Positions 26,598 to 34,817 of a stretch of 53,266 nt of DNA are shown here, piece after piece (the stretch's first letter is position 1; each line of letters begins with the position of its first letter). Under the pieces are notes generated by a model. The model saw nothing but the letters and a program-made list of their open reading frames with translations, did not search any database and was not told where the DNA came from. The stretch is from Bacillota bacterium (GTDB lineage Bacteria; Bacillota; Clostridia; Christensenellales; Pumilibacteraceae): assembly GCA_009787685.1 (NCBI GenBank), contig WQSV01000001.1, forward strand, positions 1 through 53,266, given 5' to 3'. A program made the position numbers and the translations under genes.

Positions 26598-26627
26598 ATT
26601 CTACACTAAATAAATATCCTATGTCAA
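26598..26627 (-). promoter_or_regulatory. promoter of the ArsR operon
   Basis: In - sense TTGACA (26622-26627), 18 nt, TAGAAT (26598-26603). Confidence 0.6.
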
Positions 26628-26680
26628 CTGATTTTTAGGTGTTGCTAGAAATTCTTTCTGCCATTTACTCGCAATTTTTC

Positions 26681-26810
26681 AAATTGGCTCGGGAAAACCA
26701 CTTGGGATTTCGTCAAAAATTTGAGTTGGTTCGGGAAAACGAGTTGTGTTAGGACGGAAATTTGCAACACTTTTGCCACCCTATTTCAAAAAAAGTTTGA
26801 AAATTTTTTT
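26681..26810 (+). repeat. repeat module copy C (two 26-bp direct repeats and the conserved block, no RNA-like core)
   Basis: aaattggctcgggaaaaccacttggg..gagttggttcgggaaaacgagttgtg..caacacttttgccaccctatttcaaaaaaagtttgaaaattttt. The last 44 bp are identical to copy A. Confidence 0.6.
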
Positions 26811-26986
26811 GAGTTGTTTTGATGAAAAAATTGAAAAGCATAGAGAAGACTAGCCGTCGGCGTCACACTCCCAACATTTTTTAATTTCAAGATATCAAAG
26901 TCATTGTGCCCACAAGAAATAATCAAACAACTGGTCATCAATTATTAAATTTCCATTAAATACAAGTTCTTAATATAATTTTTTTC

Positions 26987-27015
26987 TTGACTTAATTATC
27001 AAATTGTGATAGACT
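26987..27015 (+). promoter_or_regulatory. candidate promoter giving a leaderless helicase mRNA
   Basis: TTGACT, 17 nt, TAGACT. The ATG at 27022 is only 6 nt after the -10 and has no SD. Confidence 0.45.
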
Positions 27016-27021
27016 GTCAAA

Positions 27022-30000
27022 ATGAAAAAGATTTATAAGTTTTACAAAGACAGGCTTATTGAAATAAGCGGGAAGAACAGAAGTTTATATGCAAAAAAGG
27101 CATCACAGACCTATACATATGACATCGGAAAGATTTTAGAGGGTGACGAAGGCGAAATTGAGTCTTTCGTTAATTTTTTGTGGTCAGCAAAAAAACCAAC
27201 TCATGAAATAATCTCCAAAAAACGCAAAGAGCATATTTTGGAAAATTTGAAAAAAAGCAAAGCGACGGAAGCGAAGAAAGCTCCAAAAGGCAAAAATGGA
27301 AAAACGGTCGACGCTCCACAAGAAGAAAAAGTCAAGAGCGAAGCAAAAATCGCTCAAGAAGAAAGAACCTTAATGTCAAGTCAAGTGAGCAAACTCAAAA
27401 ACCTCAAACGCTCACTCGAGGATTTTGAAAGAGAAACAGGGCGATATGAAATGTTCGTTGGTTTCCCTTTTATTGAAGGCTACATTGGAAAAGACACTGC
27501 AGTCAAAGCGCCTCTGCTCCTTTTCCCTGTTGTCATCAACATTTCAGAAAATGAGTCAACCGTTTCTCTTGAACTCAAAGACGGAGAAGCAATTCAGTTG
27601 AACAAAGTTTTTTTGACTGCGTATTCAAGACCATTCAAAATTAATTTGGATGAAATGAATATGGAATTTGATAGTCTTCTTGATGCGGGCTTTCGAAATG
27701 TTGACGACATTCTTGGGTATTTGAGAAAAAAAGGCTTTGATATTTCGTCGTGTCCATCAAAAAAAGGCATGATGAGTTTCGATTCAATCAAAGAGCCGAC
27801 TGTTGGCTCAAAATTGACGGTCAGAAATTGTGCTGTTGTTGGAAGATTCCCTCTTGCAAACTCAATCTATAACGATTATGTCGCACTTGAAAAGAAAAAT
27901 CTTTCAAATGAAGCAATCGCAGCTCTGCTTGAAAACAAAACTCCAAAGAAATTAAAAAATGTGGACAAGGATGTCTACACTGTCCACTCTCTTGACTATG
28001 CTCAAGAAAACGCAATTGCAGAACTCAACCAACATGGCAACATGGTTATCTATGGCCCACCGGGAACAGGAAAAAGTCAAACGATTGTTAACACTATCAC
28101 TGATGCTCTTTGCAAAAACAAACGCGTTCTCGTTGTTTCTCAAAAAAAAGCAGCTCTTGATGTTGTTTTCAACCGTCTTGGAAACCTTAATTCAAAAGCA
28201 ATGTATATCATTGACCCAGAAAAAGAAAAACTTTCTTTTTTTGAAAAGGTCAAAACTCAACATCTTGAAATTTTGGGCGAAGAGTCGGTCAACACTCAAG
28301 AACACCGATTGATGTATCAAGATGTCACTGGAACTTTGCACTCTGAAATCGCTCATCTTGAAAGCATTTCACAAACGCTCTTCTCCCCAACTGATTTTGG
28401 AATATCATTGCAAGAAATGTATGCAAGAAGTCGCATTATCAATAAAGGAGACGGAGAATACGATATTTATGAAAGCATGCTCGATACTCCTCGTTTGATG
28501 GAGCTTTCTCACAAGCAATTAAGCGAATCAATTCGAAGCATCAAAGAAAAGAAAAAAGGCGAACTTTACTACAAACGAATTGAAATGCAAAAAGCGAATC
28601 CATTTGTTGAACATGTCAAAAAAGATTTGGATGTCCACACTTTGAACGCGGCGACGACCTACCTCAACAATATGCTCTCAAAGCGCTTTGTTCCATTTGA
28701 TATGTCTCAATTTTCATTTTTAAGACAATTAATTGGATTTTACATTGAAAACAACGTTCCAGACATTCACGATCTCAAGCCACTCATCAAATACTCAGCA
28801 AAAAGACAAGAAGAAAGAATTAGTGCTAGCGAAATGACTCAGATTTTTTCAGAAACGCTTGAAGAAGCAAAAGCGTATGTTGGGGAGTGGTATCTCTTGA
28901 GCAGAATTCTCGACTCAAAAGGCTTCGCGACAATCATCGACCATATTTTAATGGGTAATTTGACAGGAATCAAACTTCTCCTTTCCGCTCTTAATCAATA
29001 TGTTGACATTCGCGACATGAACATCAACCTTCGAACTTTCTCTGATGAAGAAAAAATTGTTCTAAAATTTGCCTATGAAAATTCGGTGACAGTCAATGAA
29101 TACAACAAAATCATCGATAACATTTTGAGCATTCGAATCTATCATGAAATTGTTCTTGCAGAAGCAACTCATCAATTACCACTTTCTAAAATAATGGATT
29201 TTGAAAATATCAAAAACAGAATCATCTCTTTAAAAGCAGAACAACAAAAAGTGGTGAGAGAAATTTGTGAAGACAATTTCAAAAATGAATACAAAACTCT
29301 CTACAATTCAAATCCAGAAAACAACAACTTTTTCTATCAAATTTCAAAAAGCCAAAACTTCATGCCGATTAGAAAGTTGGTTGAACTTTACCATGAACTC
29401 CTGTTCACACTCTATCCATGTTGGCTTCTCTCTCCAGAAAGCGTTTCAACACTTCTTCCACTAAAAGCTGGATTGTTTGACTTAATTCTTTTTGACGAGG
29501 CGTCACAAGTCTTTATTGAAGCAGCACTTCCAACGATTTATCGCGGAAAAAACATTGCGATTGCGGGCGACAACAAACAACTTCGCCCAACTGCTCATTT
29601 CTTGAGACGATTCATGGGCAATGACGATGATGACATGGACATGAACACAGTCGCAGCACTTGAAGTTGAGAGTTTGCTAGACCTAGCCACTTCAAGATTC
29701 CATTCAGCGAACCTTAACTATCATTATCGTTCGCGTCACGAAGAACTTATTAACTTTTCAAACTATGCATATTACCATTCAAAATTGCAAGTCGCACCGA
29801 ACATGGGACGAAACATGCAGACCCGTCCAATCGAAAGAATCAAAGTCGATGGCAGATGGATTGACAGGCGCAACGAAGCAGAAGCGAAAAGAATTGTTGA
29901 ACTAATCAAAAAAACACTGAAAAGCAGGAAAAATAACGAAACAATCGGGGTTATCACCTTTAACGCTGAACAAGGAACATACATTAATGACTTGATTGAT

Positions 30001-30870
30001 GAAGCGTGCATGGAAGATGCAAATTTCAGAAGCATGATTTATGCTGAAAGAAACCGCTTTGAACACGGCGAAGACGTCAGTCTTTTTGTCAAGAATCTTG
30101 AAAATGTTCAAGGTGACGAAAGGGATATCATCATCTTCAGCGTTGGCTATGCAAAAAATGAACACGACAAAGTGACTGCTCATTTTGGTCCACTAAACCT
30201 TGAAGGCGGAGAAAACCGATTGAATGTTGCTGTCACGAGAGCGAAAAGCAAAATATATTTGGTGACAAGCATTGAGCCAGAAGAATTAAATGTTGAGAGT
30301 GCAAAAAACCTTGGCCCAAAATTATTCAAAAGATATCTTGAATACGCTCGAAGCGTTTCGACTGGAGCAACAAAAGAAGTCAAATTATTGCTCTCTTCCC
30401 TCGCTTCATCTCAAACAAAACCAGCAACCGAGTGTCAAAACATAACGACCGAACTAAAAACAGCACTTGAAAAAATGGGATATATTGTCGATGTCAATGT
30501 TGGAAACAGCACAAGCAAGCTTTCCCTTGCTATTTACGACAAGGATTTGGACAGATACGTTCTTGGAATCGAATGTGATTACGATGCATATGCTTCATCA
30601 CCGTCAGTTCTTGAAAGAGATGTTTTTCGTGCAAAATTCCTTGAAAGCAGAGGTTGGAACATCGTCAGAATTTGGTCAAGAGATTTCTGGATTTCAAAAA
30701 GTAAAGTTTTGAATGGAATTGACAAAATAATCAAAGAGATTAAGAGCGAAGCACTTCATGGAAAAAAATCAAAATCCGAAAAGAAAATCGAGAAAAAGTC
30801 CGAAAAGATTAATCCAAATCAACCGAAAACCGCGCTAAAAGAAGTTGCAGCAACAAAAGACAATAAATAA
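27022..30870 (+). CDS. DUF4011-type Upf1-like SF1 helicase fused to a C-terminal DUF559/Vsr-like endonuclease-fold domain
   Basis: 1282 aa. Walker A YGPPGTGKSQT, Walker B ILFDEASQV, motifs VQGDERDIIIFS and LNVAVTRAKSKIYLV. C-terminus YVLGIECDYDAY..ERDVFRAKFLESRGWNIVRIWSRDFW. Confidence 0.8.
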   Translation: MKKIYKFYKDRLIEISGKNRSLYAKKASQTYTYDIGKILEGDEGEIESFVNFLWSAKKPTHEIISKKRKEHILENLKKSKATEAKKAPKGKNGKTVDAPQEEKVKSEAKIAQEERTLMSSQVSKLKNLKRSLEDFERETGRYEMFVGFPFIEGYIGKDTAVKAPLLLFPVVINISENESTVSLELKDGEAIQLNKVFLTAYSRPFKINLDEMNMEFDSLLDAGFRNVDDILGYLRKKGFDISSCPSKKGMMSFDSIKEPTVGSKLTVRNCAVVGRFPLANSIYNDYVALEKKNLSNEAIAALLENKTPKKLKNVDKDVYTVHSLDYAQENAIAELNQHGNMVIYGPPGTGKSQTIVNTITDALCKNKRVLVVSQKKAALDVVFNRLGNLNSKAMYIIDPEKEKLSFFEKVKTQHLEILGEESVNTQEHRLMYQDVTGTLHSEIAHLESISQTLFSPTDFGISLQEMYARSRIINKGDGEYDIYESMLDTPRLMELSHKQLSESIRSIKEKKKGELYYKRIEMQKANPFVEHVKKDLDVHTLNAATTYLNNMLSKRFVPFDMSQFSFLRQLIGFYIENNVPDIHDLKPLIKYSAKRQEERISASEMTQIFSETLEEAKAYVGEWYLLSRILDSKGFATIIDHILMGNLTGIKLLLSALNQYVDIRDMNINLRTFSDEEKIVLKFAYENSVTVNEYNKIIDNILSIRIYHEIVLAEATHQLPLSKIMDFENIKNRIISLKAEQQKVVREICEDNFKNEYKTLYNSNPENNNFFYQISKSQNFMPIRKLVELYHELLFTLYPCWLLSPESVSTLLPLKAGLFDLILFDEASQVFIEAALPTIYRGKNIAIAGDNKQLRPTAHFLRRFMGNDDDDMDMNTVAALEVESLLDLATSRFHSANLNYHYRSRHEELINFSNYAYYHSKLQVAPNMGRNMQTRPIERIKVDGRWIDRRNEAEAKRIVELIKKTLKSRKNNETIGVITFNAEQGTYINDLIDEACMEDANFRSMIYAERNRFEHGEDVSLFVKNLENVQGDERDIIIFSVGYAKNEHDKVTAHFGPLNLEGGENRLNVAVTRAKSKIYLVTSIEPEELNVESAKNLGPKLFKRYLEYARSVSTGATKEVKLLLSSLASSQTKPATECQNITTELKTALEKMGYIVDVNVGNSTSKLSLAIYDKDLDRYVLGIECDYDAYASSPSVLERDVFRAKFLESRGWNIVRIWSRDFWISKSKVLNGIDKIIKEIKSEALHGKKSKSEKKIEKKSEKINPNQPKTALKEVAATKDNK

Positions 30871-30887
30871 TCAAAAATTTAAAGAAA

Positions 30888-30918
30888 AACCTGTGTTCTA
30901 AGTGAACACAGGTTTTTT
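30888..30918 (+). terminator. intrinsic terminator after the helicase gene
   Basis: aacctgtgttc-taag-tgaacacaggtt followed by tttt. Confidence 0.85.
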
Positions 30919-30984
30919 AGATTTGCAATTTTCTAGTGATAGCGAGTGTTCGTCTCTTAACCTGTGGACTGTTCTGAAACCAGC

Positions 30985-31100
30985 TAACGCAAACAGCCAA
31001 GCACTCTTAGACAAAAGGTTCGAAGACTCTATTTGTCATGGAGCCTTTTCAAAAAGAAGGATTAGACGCAACAACCTCTTTCAAACAAAAGGGGTTGAAG
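30985..31100 (+). repeat. two degenerate GTCGAAGAC-family units
   Basis: gacaaaaggttcgaagactctatttgtc .. caaaaggggttgaagactctattcc. Confidence 0.55.
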
Positions 31101-31103
31101 ACT

Positions 31104-32000
31104 CTATTCCATGATTTTGTATTCAAGGACTTGGTCTATTGAGAAATTTTCAATTTGAAGATAATATTCCGCGCAATCAACTAGTGCTTGCATTGGAACG
31201 AGTCCGATAACTTCGCTTCCAACAATTGGGACACCATAGCGTTTTGCTTCAATGCGAACTAGTTCAATGACTGAATAAATTGTTGTTTTTGTGTGGTCCG
31301 TGAGGTTCATTGAAACTTGAGTGATTTTTCTCTCCGCAAGGTCAACTCCCATAGCTTTGCAATATCTGAGTCCCCCACCAAGAAAGCGAACTTTTTTTCC
31401 GATTGCAGTTGCAATGTCGAGATTGTCAGTTCCAAGATTGACATTAAACGCGACAAGTGGCATTCTGCAACAAACCGCAACTGCTCCAAAAGTTTTGTGA
31501 GGAGCATCTTTTGTTCCAAAATCCGCGTTCCATTTCGCGTCTTTCATTTTTTCTTCCAAACCCTCAAACTGACCTCTGCGAACATCCGCAAGATTTTCTC
31601 TGTGGCTAGCTGTTGCTGATTTTTCATAAAGAAACACGGGTATGCCGAGTTTTCCAATTTCTTCACCGACCTCTTTTGAAAGAGCAATGACCTCTTCTTC
31701 CGTCACATTCTTGATTGGAATAAACGGCACAACGTCGCAGGCCCCCATTCTTGGATGCTGTCCTTCGTGTTTTGTCAAATCGATTATTTTGAGCGCAACT
31801 TCAACAGCACTAAGAACTGCTTTTTTTAGTGACTCCGCGTCTCCAACAATTGTCACGACCGTTCTGTTGTGGTCAGCGTCAAGAGAGTAGTCCAGCAATT
31901 TGACTCCCTCTGCATTTCGAAAGCAGTCAATAATTTTTTCAACTTTCTTTTTGTCGCGCCCTTCTGAAAAGTTCGGCACACACTGAATGATTTTTTGCAT
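31104..32000 (-). CDS. ftcD: glutamate formimidoyltransferase
   Basis: MQKIIQCVPNFSEGRDKKKVEKI..HNRTVVT..; 298 aa, transferase domain only. Confidence 0.85.
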   Translation of the reverse strand: MQKIIQCVPNFSEGRDKKKVEKIIDCFRNAEGVKLLDYSLDADHNRTVVTIVGDAESLKKAVLSAVEVALKIIDLTKHEGQHPRMGACDVVPFIPIKNVTEEEVIALSKEVGEEIGKLGIPVFLYEKSATASHRENLADVRRGQFEGLEEKMKDAKWNADFGTKDAPHKTFGAVAVCCRMPLVAFNVNLGTDNLDIATAIGKKVRFLGGGLRYCKAMGVDLAERKITQVSMNLTDHTKTTIYSVIELVRIEAKRYGVPIVGSEVIGLVPMQALVDCAEYYLQIENFSIDQVLEYKIME

Positions 32001-32003
32001 AAT

Positions 32004-32435
32004 TTATTTTTTCTCCTTGATTGGTTTTTTTGTTGATAGTGTTATTTCTAAAATGAATACCGCAATGCTAAAAGCGATTAGAAAACAGATGGATAGGAAA
32101 TAGTATGATGGCTGAAACAACACCAAAGTTAAAATCAAAATCACTACTAGTGGCAAAATAGTGAAAACAAATTTCAAAATGTCTTTTGTTTTTGCACTTT
32201 TTCTTTGCTCTTTTGTTTTTATATTAGCAACGCCAACAATGAAACTAAAAACAACAAACGAAATGCAAAATGGCACAATCCACATTCCCACCAAAAACAA
32301 ACGGATGAATTGATATCCATGAAAAATATCAATCGGAAAGAAAACGAACGAGAAGAAGAACCACAAAATTGTTAAAGACGCAAAACAAACTTGCAATATG
32401 CCTATTATTTTTTGAAAATTGTTTTTTTGCTCCAT
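32004..32435 (-). CDS. hypothetical 4-TM membrane protein
   Basis: 143 aa, hydrophobic, 3 nt upstream of the ftcD start. Confidence 0.55.
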   Translation of the reverse strand: MEQKNNFQKIIGILQVCFASLTILWFFFSFVFFPIDIFHGYQFIRLFLVGMWIVPFCISFVVFSFIVGVANIKTKEQRKSAKTKDILKFVFTILPLVVILILTLVLFQPSYYFLSICFLIAFSIAVFILEITLSTKKPIKEKK

Positions 32436-32614
32436 GCTTTTGGTTTCGTAGTTATGCGGGCGGTCACTGCCCGAAACTACAATCTATTTTTTCAATCTTC
32501 TCTCAGATTGATTAACTTGATACTTCTTTGCTTCGGGCGACAAAGTTTCGCCCCCTTTTGTGTCAAGGGACACACCCAGATTTCCAACTTTGTGCTAACC
32601 TCGTTTAGGTGTGC

Positions 32615-32650
32615 CTTATGAACAATAAGCCCCCCGCTATTGTTCATAAG
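32615..32650. repeat. perfect 13-bp-stem hairpin inside a structured 320-bp spacer
   Basis: cttatgaacaata-agccccccgc-tattgttcataag. The flanking direct repeat tttaggtgtgcYttatSaacaata occurs at about 32604 and about 32685. Confidence 0.7.
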
Positions 32651-32754
32651 ACACATCTAGATTATCTACTTTCTGCTAAATTCATTTAGGTGTGCTTATC
32701 AACAATACGTCCCTACTAATTAAACTCACTCTCTCATCCATTGTGCATTGTGAA

Positions 32755-34794
32755 TTATTTCTTCAACCATTTCGCCAACTTTTCTTCGTCAACTTCATTT
32801 GGCATTGTGACAAAACCATGGCTTCCGATCTCATTGAATTCTTGGACGGTTGATTTTGCGTTTTCGTTTTGAGCCCAGTTTCGACGAGCGACTCCACACA
32901 TTGTGTCCCACATCATCGATGTTTGCAAAATTTCATCAACTCTTTTCGATCCGTCGAGAACCATGCCGAATCCACCATTAATGCTCCTTCCAACCCCCGT
33001 TCCTCCTCCATTGTGGAGAGCAACAAGACTCATTCCGCGAGCCGCATTTCCAGCGAAAACTTGTGTCGCCATGTCTGCCATGATGTTTGAACCGTCTTTT
33101 ATATTTGAAGTTTCTCTAAATGGCGAGTCGGTTCCTCCTGTGTCGTGGTGATCCCTTCCAAGCATGATTGCGCCAACCTCTTTGTTGCGAACCATTGCGT
33201 TGAATTTGAGTGCGATTTTCATTCTGCCAAACGCGTCTTGATAGAGTATTCTTGCTTTTGAGCCAACGACTAATTTGTTCTTTTTTGCATCACGAATCCA
33301 AACATAGTTGTCTTTGTCTTGGAATCGTCTTTCTGGGTCAATGCATTCCATCGCCGCTTTGTCTGTTTTGTCAAGGTCACTGTCTAGTCCACTTAAACAA
33401 ACCCAACGAAATGGACCATAGCCATAATCAAAACAAACGGGACCCAAAATATCTTCAACATATGATGGAAAGATGAAACCGTCTAGTTCGTTTTGTCCAT
33501 TTTTGCAAACCTCATGTGAGCCCGCATCAAAAACGGATTTTAAGAAACTGTTGCCATAGTCAAAGAAATACGTTCCACGTTTTGAGAGAGTTTTGATTGC
33601 TTCAAAATGGTCAAGGAGAGTCTTGTCGACTAGTTTTTTAAATTTGTTTTTGTCGGTTTTGAGAAGTCGAGTTCTCTCTTCAAATGAAATGCCTTTCGGA
33701 CAATATCCACCGTCATAGACTGCATGACACGAGGTTTGGTCTGAGAGAAGGTCAATTTTGATGTTGTTTTTGACGGCATATTCCAGCAAATCGACAACAT
33801 TTCCGTGCATAGCGATTGCACATTCTGTTCCGTTTTTGAGATGTTTTTCCGCAAGTTCAAATGCTTCTTTCGGAGATTTCGTCACTGCACTCACCCAGCC
33901 TTGGGAATGTCGCGTTTCAATTCTTGACGCATCAACTTCAGCGATTATGCCAACACCGCCAGCAATTTCAACCGCTTTTCCTTGCGCCCCACTCATTCCG
34001 CCGAGACCAGAAGAAACAAAGAGAGTGCTTTTTAATTCTTTTTCGTCTTTATGCAGTTCTGAATAGTTGCTAACTTCATCTTGGACTTTATTCTGCATTG
34101 AGCTAATGAGTCTCTTTGCATTAACAAGCGTGTTATACGTCCCATGAACAATGCCTTGTGGTCCAATATACATCCATCCACCCGCAGTCATTTGTCCATA
34201 GTTCGCAACACCAAGAGCAGCAGCCCTAGAAAAGTTTTCCGCATCATCAAATTGTCCAATCATCAGTCCATTTGTCACAACAACTCTTGGCGACATTTTT
34301 GAACTTTTGAAAAGTCCTAATGGGTGTCCCGAGAGAATCGCAAGAGTTTCATCATCATTCATCACGGTGAGATATTTTTTGATGAGTTGATACTGCATCC
34401 AATTCGAACAGACTTGTCCCGTTTCACCATAGGTCACTAGTTCATAAGGATAGAGCGCGATGTCAAAATCAAGATTGTTGTCAATCATCAATTGAAACGC
34501 TCTTCCCTCGAGCGTTTTTCCAATGTATTCATCAACTGATTTCGCTTTGAGATTTCCTTCCGGTCGAAAGCGATATCCATAGATTCGTCCCATGGTCATG
34601 AGTTCGTCCAAAAACTCGGGAGCAATCTCATCATGAAATTCACTCGGAATATAGCGCAATGCATTTTTGAGTGCAAGCGCAATGTCAGCATCATTTAGAC
34701 TGAGTTCTCTTTTTGGAGCGCGTCTAATCCCCTCAATGAATTTCTTCTTTGGAGGTAATTCTATTATTGACAACAGATTTTTTTCATTTTTCAT
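32755..34794 (-). CDS. hutU: urocanate hydratase (long, about 680-aa form)
   Basis: RRAPKRELSLNDADIALALKNALRYIP..GRIYGYRFRP..GGMSGAQGKA.. Confidence 0.9.
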   Translation of the reverse strand: MKNEKNLLSIIELPPKKKFIEGIRRAPKRELSLNDADIALALKNALRYIPSEFHDEIAPEFLDELMTMGRIYGYRFRPEGNLKAKSVDEYIGKTLEGRAFQLMIDNNLDFDIALYPYELVTYGETGQVCSNWMQYQLIKKYLTVMNDDETLAILSGHPLGLFKSSKMSPRVVVTNGLMIGQFDDAENFSRAAALGVANYGQMTAGGWMYIGPQGIVHGTYNTLVNAKRLISSMQNKVQDEVSNYSELHKDEKELKSTLFVSSGLGGMSGAQGKAVEIAGGVGIIAEVDASRIETRHSQGWVSAVTKSPKEAFELAEKHLKNGTECAIAMHGNVVDLLEYAVKNNIKIDLLSDQTSCHAVYDGGYCPKGISFEERTRLLKTDKNKFKKLVDKTLLDHFEAIKTLSKRGTYFFDYGNSFLKSVFDAGSHEVCKNGQNELDGFIFPSYVEDILGPVCFDYGYGPFRWVCLSGLDSDLDKTDKAAMECIDPERRFQDKDNYVWIRDAKKNKLVVGSKARILYQDAFGRMKIALKFNAMVRNKEVGAIMLGRDHHDTGGTDSPFRETSNIKDGSNIMADMATQVFAGNAARGMSLVALHNGGGTGVGRSINGGFGMVLDGSKRVDEILQTSMMWDTMCGVARRNWAQNENAKSTVQEFNEIGSHGFVTMPNEVDEEKLAKWLKK

Positions 34795-34817
34795 GTTAAC
34801 CTCAATTTTAAAACCCT

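Noticed and set aside
23171-26810. Integron-like cassette array with attC sites
   Set aside because: There is no intI gene and no RYYYAAC/GTTRRRY core sites at the ends of the repeated modules. The modules are much longer than attC and include long stretches identical between copies.
32391-32621. 76-aa + strand ORF in the hutU-ftcD spacer
   Set aside because: It has no SD, and it runs through hairpins and into the antisense of the membrane-protein gene start. The region is better explained as structured non-coding DNA.
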